This document shows positions 1 to 9,117 of a stretch of DNA of 28,071 bases, piece after piece (within the stretch, counting starts at the first letter, position 1; each line of letters opens with the position of its first letter). The DNA comes from Octopus sinensis (taxonomy: Eukaryota), in the NCBI RefSeq assembly GCF_006345805.1, contig NW_021827595.1, positions 1 to 28,071 on the forward strand. The letters run 5' to 3'. The notes under the pieces were generated by a model that saw nothing but the letters and a program-made list of their open reading frames with translations, was not told where the DNA came from and searched no databases. The translations under genes and the position numbers were made by a program.

Positions 1-437
1 AGCTACAATATCATGTCTCATCATTAGATAATACCGTGATGACAGTTTTCGGACAACTGCTTATCATGTGGGTGATGTCTTCGCTGTTACCTCCACAAAA
101 TCTGCTTCGGTTGTCAAATTTTACTCTTTTCCTCCACCTCTGACCCTTTTGTGCATCAGGTATTCGGCTAGTATTTCCTGTTTCTGGATTGCGAACTCAT
201 ATTCTTCAAAGTGAGAGGTAGTAATCCGGTTGTTGGTCCACTATAGACTGCTTTGATGATCAACGTAACCATTATCTCGGAGCTTTCTACTAACATATCC
301 ATGCACAAGTATTCTGCTCATATATGCTCATCCTTTCATCTGATGATGCGCTGCGGTAGTATCGTGCGACTTCTCTGGGCATCAGACAAGGAATAGTGCT
401 CAAGGTGCTGCTTTCCAAGCCTTATGATGTTATCAGC
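1..437 (-). mobile_element. Decayed fragment of an RLE-type non-LTR retrotransposon (R4/Dong-like), C-terminal ORF region
   Basis: Minus-strand translation across stops and frameshifts gives HGYV...SHFEEYEFAIQKQEI...FDNRSRFCGGNSEDITHMISSCPK/SSRYYLMMRHDIVA. This resembles the 'AIQxQxI ... CRxC...ExIxHIxSxC..L...Y..RH..VA' zinc-knuckle region of RLE elements (recognised from memory, not searched). Confidence 0.7.
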
Positions 438-620
438 CTATGTATGTATATGTGTATGTATGTGTGTGTGTGTGTATATGTGTATGTATGTATATGTGTC
501 TATGTATGTATGTGTATGTGCGTATATATATATGTATGTATGTATATTTGTATGTGCGTGTGAATGTACGTACGTATGTATATGTGTGTATATGTATGTG
601 TATGTATGTATGTATAGTGC
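424..620. repeat. (TATG)/(TG)/(TA) compound microsatellite
   Basis: Directly visible; explains ORFs 424..648 and 440..631. Confidence 0.95.
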
Positions 621-859
621 ATCACATTTGATAACTTTTAGTTATTAGAGATTAATCTGGTTTAGTTTGGCAGATAATAAACGATCGCAGAATGTATCAC
701 ACACAAAACACGTCTATCATATGTGATAAATGAATCAACTGTATTAAAAATTATTTATGGCACGCTCCGGATATCACATGTAATATACACATGTTTTTAT
801 CGCATGTGGTATAATCTCTGATCACTTATTGATTTCCAAATAAAATAATTATCCACCAA

Positions 860-1188
860 CCATATTGCTATTCCGTCGGTTTTCAACAACAAGGGTTCCG
901 GTCGATCCGATCAACGGAACAGCCTGCGCGTGAAATTAAAATATAAGTGGCTGAGTACTCCACAGACACGCGTATAATTAACGTAGTTCTCGGGGAGATT
1001 CAGCGTGGCGCAGGATGTGAAAAGGCTGGCCGTTTGAATTACTGGTACATCCGCTTTTGCCAGCTGGGTCGACTGGAGCAACGTGAAATAAATGTCTGGT
1101 TCAAAGACACAACATGCTGCCTTGAATCGAACACTCAACCTTACGATCGTGAGTCGAAGATCCCTAACCACTAAGCCACGCGCCTTCA
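860..1188 (-). mobile_element. tRNA-derived SINE (family A, CORE-like)
   Basis: Minus-strand head GAAGGCGCGTGGCTTAGTGGTTAGGG (A box) ... GTGTTCGATTC (B box), followed by a CORE-like 'GTGTCTTTGAACCAGACATTTATTTCACGTTGCTCCAGTCGACCCAGCTG'. Confidence 0.8.
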
Positions 1189-1309
1189 CTCGAACCGTGT
1201 TATATCGTATTTTGCATGTTTTTGCTCAGTTATTTTATTGTGATCCGACAGTAGATGCTTTATAATATACGCTAACAATAACATCTACAGACCCATAACT
1301 TGCTTTGCT

Positions 1310-1524
1310 ACGGCGTTTCAAATTTTGCCACAATAGCAGCCATTTTGGAGGAGGGGATAAGTCGATTACATCGATCTCACTGCGTAACTGGTGCTTAATT
1401 TATCGACCCCTAAAGGATGAAAAGCAAAGTCGACCTCGGCGGAGTTTGAACTCAGAACGTAAAAACGAACGAAATGCTGCTAAGCATTTTGCCCGACATC
1501 CTAACGATTCGGCCAGCTCGACGC
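1310..1524 (-). mobile_element. SINE family B (head CGAGCTGGC(A)GAATCGTTAG...GTTCTGAGTTCAAA)
   Basis: Homologous to copies at 6416, 6645, 12162, 15686 and 24930; shared body GAGGTCGACTTTGC-TTTCATCCTTT..GGGGTCGAT..AAGTACCAG. Confidence 0.85.
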
Positions 1525-2000
1525 TTTACATTTAACAATAATAACATCGCAGGGAATCGACAAATGCAATACCGCAAAAAAAAAAAAAAAACATTTGACA
1601 ATAACATTAATTACAAATGAACAGCAATAATAATCATTATTAATGATCAATTGTCTCTAGTTGAGTAAGGCCCCTACCTGCGTGTATTCAGGGTAAATAT
1701 AATTCTCATCAGACTCTGAGTTGGATATTTCAAATACAGTTAGTTCTTTCTGTTAGTTTGTTTTGTGTTCAATTCAGAATACCTTAACGATAACCTGTTA
1801 CAGGGAAGATTATGGCATTGGTGGGTTTATCTCTGAGGTGAATGCCATGTTAATGAGTCCCTAATATTCTCTCCTAGGGTTTTATTTCATTTGTGTTTTG
1901 TATGGGGTAATCCATCTAATTCATTGATTCTTAATCATTTGTAAGTTTGTGATTGGTTAAAATCTCTCTCTCTCTCTCCTCTCTCCTCTCATCTCCTTCC

Positions 2001-2060
<60 letters not shown>

Positions 2061-2073
2061 TGCTGTTGTTTTT

Positions 2074-2422
2074 GCGGAGTGCCTGTGTGGCAAGTAATTT
2101 GCTTACCAACCACATGGTTCCTCCACTGCGAGGCACCTTGGGCAAGTGTCTTTCTACTATAAGCCTCGCCAACCAAAGCCTTGTGATGTGGGTTTGGTAG
2201 ACAGAACCTGGAAGAAGCCCGTCGTATATATGTGTGTGTGGGTTTTGTGTTGTCAACCACCTCCCCCAACATCGTTTTTGACAACTGATGCTAGTTATTT
2301 ACGTCGCCGTTACTTAGCGGTTCGGCAAAAGAGACCGATAAAATAAGTACTAGGTTTACGAGAATGTGCTCGACTAAAGCGGTGCTCCAGCATGGCCTCA
2401 GTCACTATACTGAACAAATAAA
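2074..2422 (+). mobile_element. SINE family C, near full length (CORE-like CACCTTGGGCAAGTG)
   Basis: tRNA-like head, CACCTTGGGCAAGTGTCTTTCTACTATAAGCC, internal TG repeat, and 3' GCGGTGCTCCAGCATGGCC.CAGTC; homologous to six other partial copies in the window. Confidence 0.9.
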
Positions 2423-2506
2423 ACTATACATATATATCTAAATATATATGTATGTATATATCTATGTATAATATGTGTTGAGCATTTATATATATAATAT
2501 ATATAT

Positions 2507-2772
2507 AACGGGAACTTTATGAAACTAAACAAAAGACGAGGCAGGTGGAAGACAACCGAACAATTGTATTAGTATGGCGCTCAGGAAATATAAATAAAAC
2601 AAGTCTTTAACGTTTCGAGCCTACGCTCTTTCAACAGAAAGATACACAGAGAGAGAAAAACACAGAAAGATGGAGAAAAAAAAATGCGTGCAGTAGCTAA
2701 CGAATCAACAATGGCGATCTTAGTTCGGCCAGAGGTCAAGATCAAACATGAGACGCGAGAGCGAAAAAGGGG
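2507..2772 (-). mobile_element. Penelope-like element pLTR-type repeat with a minimal hammerhead motif
   Basis: Homologous to 16948-17108 and 17182-17389; contains the ACGTTTCGAGC..GCTC motif (HHR on the minus strand at 2604-2642); flanked by TA runs. Confidence 0.65.
2604..2642 (-). ncRNA. Minimal type I hammerhead-like motif, variant core CUGUUGA
   Basis: Minus strand reads UCUUU CUGUUGA AA GAGC GUAG GCUC GAAA CG UU AAAGA. Stem I UCUUU/AAAGA, stem II GAGC/GCUC, palindromic ACGU stem III. Confidence 0.6.
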
Positions 2773-2822
2773 ATATATATATGTATATATATAAATTTGG
2801 TACTTTTGCGTTCCATTACTTG

Positions 2823-2870
<48 letters not shown>

Positions 2871-3469
2871 TGTGTGTGTATGTGTGTGTGTGTGTATGCA
2901 TACGTACAGCTGGAGAAAGAGAAACAGAGGAGACTGACTGATTTTTCAATATATATCTATACGAGTCTATATAAGCATATATATGTGAAAATACAAATGA
3001 AATTATATATATATGTGTATGTATATATTTATATTTATATATGTATATGTATGTTTGTGCGCATTTCTGTATGTGTGTATGATTTCGCGTGTGTGTGTGT
3101 GATTTATCCACTCATATAATGGTTTAATGCCCGTAACTGAAATATCTTCACCTCTTACACTACGGCACTCAAGTAATTCTTTTTGTCGCCCTTCACAGAA
3201 CAAATAAAACGACGACCGCTCTCTTGAATTGCGCACCAAATTATCATATCCACCTTCCAACATCTGCTCAGACACTCAAGCAACACCACCGACGCCATTT
3301 TAGCTTAATTATTCCGCCACATTTCAAGCACCATTCATTTTTGCTCCGATCAATATCGACTTAATGGCGAGACATTTCACACTTTCTCTCTCTCTCACTC
3401 TCTCTCTCTTTTGTTTGATGATGTTTCGTCTTCTTCCTCCATTTTGCTGACCCACTGTTATATTGCGTG

Positions 3470-3588
3470 TGTGTGTGTATGCGTGTGTGTGTGTGTGAGT
3501 GAGTGAGTATATCTGTACATACATCTGTATGTATCTCTATATGTATATATATCTATATATAATATATATACATATATATATATAATCT

Positions 3589-3649
<61 letters not shown>

Positions 3650-3855
3650 TATATATATTATGTATGTATGTATATACTTATATACAATATTATATAATAT
3701 ATATATTATATTTATATTATATATATATATAGATATATATATATATATACAAATATAATACATACGTATATTATGTGTAAGGTTGTGTGTTTGTATATAT
3801 ATGTATATATGTATGTATATACATACAGATATGATAAATATGTGTGTATAACAAT

Positions 3856-3894
<39 letters not shown>

Positions 3895-3970
3895 CGGATG
3901 TAATAGGTATAAGCAAATAAATACATATTTATTTATACGTATTATATCTGTGTGTGTGTGTGTGTGTGCG
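3470..3970. repeat. (TG)/(TA)/(CA) compound microsatellite
   Basis: Directly visible. Confidence 0.95.
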
Positions 3971-4251
3971 CGCGCTCGCTTTGTTTCTTCTAATCCTTCG
4001 TCTTCTTCCTTAAAGTCCATTATATCCATCGGATCAAATAATCAATATGGTGGCGGTGGTGGTGGAGGCGGACATGGATTATACCGATGACGATTAATGA
4101 TTGACGATAGGAAGTATATCGTTCAATGACATTCACCTTCTGAAACGATTGACTTGACTTCCTGGATTCATTCCGCTTTTATGAATGACCGAATGACAGA
4201 ATAAACAAACAGAGGAGCCTAGGAATAAATGAAATAGCAAATATATGGCAT

Positions 4252-4397
4252 TATTTTATTCTTTTATTCGTGTTTCAGTCATTTGACTCCGCCCTTGCTG
4301 GAGCATCGCCTGAAAGGGTTTCATTTGAAGAAATCGCCCCCAGGATTTATTCTTTATAAGCCTAGTACTTATTCTATTGGCTTCTTTTGCCGAACCA
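4252..4397 (-). mobile_element. SINE family C, 3' half
   Basis: TTTCAGTCATTTGACT..GC..TGCTGGAGCATCGCC...CTAGTACTTATTCTATTGG.TTCTTTTGCCGAACC is the reverse complement of the 3' part of 2074-2422. Confidence 0.85.
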
Positions 4398-4399
4398 CC

Positions 4400-4940
4400 A
4401 TCGTCGTGGTAGTAGTGGTGGTGGTTGTTGGTGGTGTTGGTGGTGGTTTTGGTGGTGGTGGTGTTGGTTGTGGTTTTAGTGGTGGTGTTGGTGGTGGTTT
4501 TGGTGGTGGTGGTGTTGGTGGTGGTTTTAGTGGTGGTGTTGGTGGTGGTTTTGTGTGGTGGTGGTGGTGGTGTGGTGTTGGTGGTTTTGTTGGTGGTGGT
4601 GGTTTTTGGTGGTGGTGTTGGTGTGTTGTTTTAGTGGTGTTGTGTGGTTGTTTTGGTGGTGTGGTGGGTGGTGGTGGTGGGGTGGTGTTAGTGGTGGGTG
4701 ATGGTTTTGGTGGTGTGTTGTTGGTGGTGGTTTTTAGTGGTGGTGTTGGTGGGTTTTGGTGGTGGTGGTGGTGGTGGTGGTGGTGGTTTTGGTGGTGGTG
4801 GTGGTGGTGATGGTGGTGGTGGTGGTGGTAGTGGTCGTCGTCGTCATAGAGATCGTCATCGTGATCGTCGTCGTGATCGTCGTCGTGGTCGTCGTCGTGA
4901 TGGTCATGGTGGTCGTGGCCGTCGTCGCCGTCGTGATGAT
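4400..4940. repeat. (GGT)n/(GTC)n trinucleotide microsatellite block
   Basis: Directly visible; source of the poly-G/V/P/T/H ORFs. Confidence 0.95.
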
Positions 4941-5244
4941 CGGTTATTGAGTATTTATTAATTATTGTGATATTAAATCTGACGTTGTTCATAGAAGGGC
5001 CTGGACTTTTGGTGGTGATGGTCGTGGGGGGATATTGCGGTGGTGTGGTGTGAGAATGATAATTATCGACTGCGGCAGGATTGGTGTCGGCCTTTTTGTG
5101 GTAATGTGTGGCTGTTATTATGGTTGTTGTTGTTATTATTCTCTTTTGTTGTTGATAATGCGTTATTACGGCTGTGAAATTTTCTGTTAAAAGGCAGAAA
5201 AGCGGCGATAATATGGTGGAAATATGGCGGTTGTGTCGTGAGGA

Positions 5245-5590
5245 CTGTGAAGAAGAAGAAGAAGAAAGATGACGACGACGACGACGATGAGGATGATGAG
5301 GATGAGGATGATAATGGTGGTGGTAATGGTGGTAGCGGTGGTGGTGGTGGTGGTGCTGCTGCTGGTGATGATGATGAGGAGTTTATGATAATGATGATGA
5401 TGGTTATGACGACAATGGTAATAATAGTGATGGCTATGATGGTGTTATAATAATAATAATAATAATAATAATGTTGATTGTGGTAACGTTGGAAATGGTG
5501 GTGAAGTGGGGGTGATATAATGGTGATGGTAGTAATGGTCATAATGATGATGGTGGTGATAATGGTGATGGTGATGCTACTGATTACCAT
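5245..5590. repeat. (AAG)/(GAC)/(GAT)/(GGT)/(TAA) compound trinucleotide microsatellite
   Basis: Directly visible. Confidence 0.9.
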
Positions 5591-5923
5591 TTCGTCCTTT
5601 TTTTTTTGTTACTTAGTCGTCTTTTTCTCTTGATCATTGATGTCAGTCTCTTACAGCCTCCGTGGATAAAGTGATGGGGTTGATGTGGAACGTAGGGATG
5701 CGGAGGAGCTAGCGAAGGATCATAATAAATAAATAAAAGCATTGGCGTTAAAAACAAGAAAACAAAAATAAAAGAGAAGCAAGGAATGTAATCTCTGCAA
5801 AATGAGCGACAAATGAACTTAATGGCCGCTTCTGGAGTCAGAACAATGAAAAAGCTGGAGTTAAAATGGCGGAGAGCAAATGCGTTTAATGATCGTTAAT
5901 AAACTGAGAACGATAGATTAGAA

Positions 5924-6175
5924 CATTAGTTCTCGACCATTTTTTGCCTATGGACTCCATTGATTCCTTTTTTTACACGGGTGGACCCTCCCAGCCATTC
6001 AATGTTTAAAATAAATCGTATATTTTTGTAATTAAAAATTATAAGAAATTGTCTTTAAAAAAATTGTTAAAATATTTTGTGAGTTTTAGAAGTACAATCA
6101 AACATAATTTTTAACAACAAAATCTTATAATGGATCCCCACCAAGGGCCATATGAACTCCGGTTGAGATCGACTG
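5924..6175. mobile_element. hAT-type MITE with an 8-bp target site duplication
   Basis: Imperfect TIRs CATTAGTTCTCGACC (5924-5938) and GGTTGAGATCGACTG (6161-6175), close to the CAGTGGTTCTCAACC type of hAT TIR; exact 8-bp TSD GATTAGAA at 5916-5923 and 6176-6183. Confidence 0.85.
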
Positions 6176-6415
6176 GATTAGAAGGAGGGAATGACGGTCA
6201 CAATGACTGGAAGTTGACAGTTCAAATCCGATCTCAACTACCCGTTCTTTTCAGAAACGTAAACACAAACTCTCATTTACATTCGTTTTTAACAATGAAA
6301 TTCGAAGCAGATAAAGCTACAAAATAATCGCATGTAAACACTGGGTTTCAGGGTTTCAAAAAAGCTTTTGGATAGAAGGAATCGAAGCTTCTAAATAATT
6401 CATCTAGATATTTGT

Positions 6416-6625
6416 CTCAACTTTTTGCACAAGGCCAGCAATTTCAGGAGAGGGGCTTAGTCGATTACATCGACCCCAGTATTCAACTGGTACTTATTTT
6501 ATCGATCACGAAAGGATGAATGGCAAAGTCAACCTCAATGGAATTTGAACTCGGAACGTAAAGGCGAATGAAATGCCGCTGAGCACTATACCCGGTGCGC
6601 TAACCATTCTGCCAGCTCGCCGCCT
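6416..6625 (-). mobile_element. SINE family B
   Basis: Homologous to 1310-1524; minus-strand head GGCGGCGAGCTGGCAGAATGGTTAGC. Confidence 0.9.
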
Positions 6626-6644
6626 TAACTTCTTATATATTTAT

Positions 6645-6864
6645 TTCTTTAGTGCCCACAAGGGGCTAAACATAGAGGGGACAAACAAGGACAGACAAGT
6701 CGAGTATATCGACCCCAGTGCGTAACTGGTACTTATTTAATCGACTCCGAAAAGATGAAAAGCAAAGTCGACCTCGGCGGAATTTGAACTCAGAACGTAG
6801 CGGCAGACGAAATGGCGCTGAACATTTCGCCCGGCGTGCTAACGTTTCTGCCAGCTCGCCGGCT
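6645..6864 (-). mobile_element. SINE family B, inserted adjacent to the previous copy
   Basis: Same head and body; flanked by near-identical TAACTTCTT(T)ATATATT on both sides (about 6626-6642 and 6865-6882), a plausible ~17-bp TSD. Confidence 0.85.
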
Positions 6865-7374
6865 TAACTTCTTTATATATTAAATTATATATTGTGGATG
6901 CATAAATTGGTGAATAGTAAGGCTGTCTGCTTTGCATTCATAGAATCCTGGTTTCGATCCCGAATAGTGCACCGCAATCAACTATATTGTTTTCTTTTTC
7001 TTCCTTTGCTGCGAGTCGACCCCAGAGTTAAGAGTAAAAGTGCATTCCTGGTAATTGCACAAAAGCCCGTCGCTGGCATTTCACATTTAATTAAAAAGCT
7101 AAAGGGCCAACCTTATTGCATAATTACGTCTTGGAAATTACATTAAAAATACATATACATGGCCACAGCTCATAAGCTGAAACTAGAATCAATCAATCAA
7201 TCAATCAATCATATCTGTGGTATACACAACCACTTCGCAATTAATTTTAGGAATCAGATATTCAGTTGATAGGACAACAGAATGCTTATCGTCGACACTG
7301 ATGAGGGCTCAAATAATAGTACACGTCTGAATGATTATTAATATATTGTATCTATTTCATGTGTATATACATGC

Positions 7375-7384
7375 ACACACGCAC

Positions 7385-7468
<84 letters not shown>

Positions 7469-7483
7469 TATATATTATATATA
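7375..7483. repeat. (TA)n microsatellite
   Basis: Directly visible. Confidence 0.95.
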
Positions 7484-7523
7484 TGGATAAATTCATGAAA
7501 GGAAGGAAAATTAAAAACACGAA

Positions 7524-7606
7524 GGCTTCCCACTGATGAACTGGCCTGGCAAATATATCTGTGTTTGCTAAAAATAGGAAGAAACCGTTCGGTCTGGGAT
7601 ATAGCT
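7524..7606 (+). ncRNA. Type I hammerhead ribozyme motif with a disrupted stem II base (probably inactive)
   Basis: GGCU UCCCA CUGAUGA [ACUGGCCU GGCAAAUAU AUCU GUGUUUGCU AAAAAUAGGAA] GAAA CC GUUC GG UC UGGGA UAU AGCU. Canonical core, stem III ACC/GGU, GUC site, stem I UCCCA/UGGGA plus a UAU bulge. The 10.1-11.1 position is an A.A mismatch. Confidence 0.65.
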
Positions 7607-7611
7607 GAGAT

Positions 7612-7666
<55 letters not shown>

Positions 7667-7710
7667 ATTATATTGTAATACGTATTACATAAATATATGT
7701 ATGATATATA

Positions 7711-7990
7711 TCACCGTGATCACCGTGACCAACCAGGCTATCAGATGTTGCTACACATCGCTGGTCACATTGTTTTAGCCTTCAAATGACGCCACCCCGC
7801 TGGCTAAGCGGGCAGGCCAACAGAAGAAAGAGTGAGAGAAAGTTGCGGCGAAAGAGTACAGCAGGGATTGCCACCATCCCCTGCCGGACCCTCGTGGAGC
7901 TTTAGGTGTTTTCACTCAATAAACACTCACAATGCCTAGTCTAGGAATCGAAACCGTGATCCTATGACCGCGAGTCCGCTGCCCTAACCA

Positions 7991-7992
<2 letters not shown>
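7711..7992 (-). mobile_element. tRNA-derived SINE (family D), 5' end truncated at a TA run
   Basis: Minus-strand head TGGTGGTTAGGGCAGCGGACTCGCGGTCATAGGATCACGGTTTCGATTCC (A and B boxes). Confidence 0.75.
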
Positions 7993-8065
<73 letters not shown>

Positions 8066-8312
8066 CAGTAATGCAATACAAAGTATTGCCTTCCAGTAAA
8101 TAGTAGCCCGTGAGGGAAAAATACACAAATTAGTAAATAAATGGCACAACAAGTACCGATATTACTGGAAATAGCGAACGTAAAAATACGACGCTAAAGT
8201 GTAGCTTCACCGCATATGTATTAGTAAAAAAATGCGTGTGTGCAACAAAATAGAGAAAAAAAACCGTCTTACCTCCAGGGAGAACATCTGAAAGATGAAA
8301 CACCCGGAAAAT

Positions 8313-8399
8313 GGATAATGTGGTACCTGCAGGTTTCAGGTTTTGCAAGATATGTCTCTCATCCATATTTGCTTTACCTTCTTCAGCCAAACATATACC
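8313..8399 (-). ncRNA. Type I hammerhead ribozyme, intact consensus
   Basis: Minus strand reads GGUAUAUGUUUGG CUGAAGA AGGU AAA GCAA AUAUG GAUGAGAGA CAUAU C UUGC AAA ACCU GAAA CC UGCA GG UA / CCACAUUAUCC. All conserved core nucleotides are present, three stems pair, and cleavage is predicted after GUA (between plus-strand positions 8324 and 8323). Confidence 0.88.
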
Positions 8400-8686
8400 A
8401 AGACGAAACTACGATGTTACCACATAAATACTAACACACTCGACTGAAATACGGAACGCTAACAGTACGAGAAACGGTGAAGAAGTTTCAAATATCAGTA
8501 TGCAATACAAAGTATTGCCTTCCAGTAAAAAGTAGCCCGTGAGGGAAAAATACACAAATTAGTAAATAAATGGCACAACAAAGTACCGATATTTACTGGA
8601 AATAGCGAACGTAAAAATACGACGCTAAAGTTTAGCTTCACCGCGTATGTATTAGTAAAAATGTGGTAACATCGTAGTTTCGTCTT

Positions 8687-8772
8687 GGTATATGTTTGGC
8701 TGAAGAAGGTAAAGCAAATATGGGTGAGAGACATATCTTGCAAAACCTGAAACCTGCAGTACCACATTATCC
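8687..8772 (+). ncRNA. Type I hammerhead ribozyme copy 2 (one G missing in stem III)
   Basis: Same as 8313-8399 but reads GAAACCUGCAGUA instead of GAAACCUGCAGGUA. Confidence 0.8.
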
Positions 8773-9117
8773 ATTTTCGGGTGTTTCATCTTTCAGATGT
8801 TCTCCCTGGAGGTAAGACGGTTTTTTTTTTCTCTATTTTGTTGCACACACGCATTTTTACTAATACATACGCGGTGAAGCTACACTTTAGCGTCGTATTT
8901 TTACGTTCGCTATTTTTCAGTAAATATCGGTACTTTGTTTGTGCCATTTTTTACTAATTTGTGTATTTTCCCTCACGGGCTACTATTTACTGGAAGGCAA
9001 TACTTTGTATTGCATTACTGATATTTTGAAACTCTCTTCACCGTTTCCGTACTGTTAGCGTTCCGTATTTCAGTCGAGTGTGTTAGTATTTATGTGGTAA
9101 CATCGTAGTTTCGTCTT

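Noticed and set aside
1660-1715. Minus-strand CUGAUGA ... GAAUAC ... GGUA
   Set aside because: No GAAA, and neither stem II nor an adjacent stem I pairs.
4095-4165. UUGACGA ... CUUCU GAAA CG as a variant hammerhead
   Set aside because: Stem III and the UH site cannot be formed, and stem II is weak.
6162-6238. Hairpin GTTGAGATCG...CGATCTCAAC (pre-miRNA-like)
   Set aside because: The left arm is the TIR of the hAT MITE (TSD-defined end at 6175), the loop is about 50 nt, and the complementarity is probably coincidental.
860-7992. tRNA genes at the A/B-box-containing sequences
   Set aside because: These are SINE heads: each continues into a repeat body and none forms a full cloverleaf with an acceptor stem.
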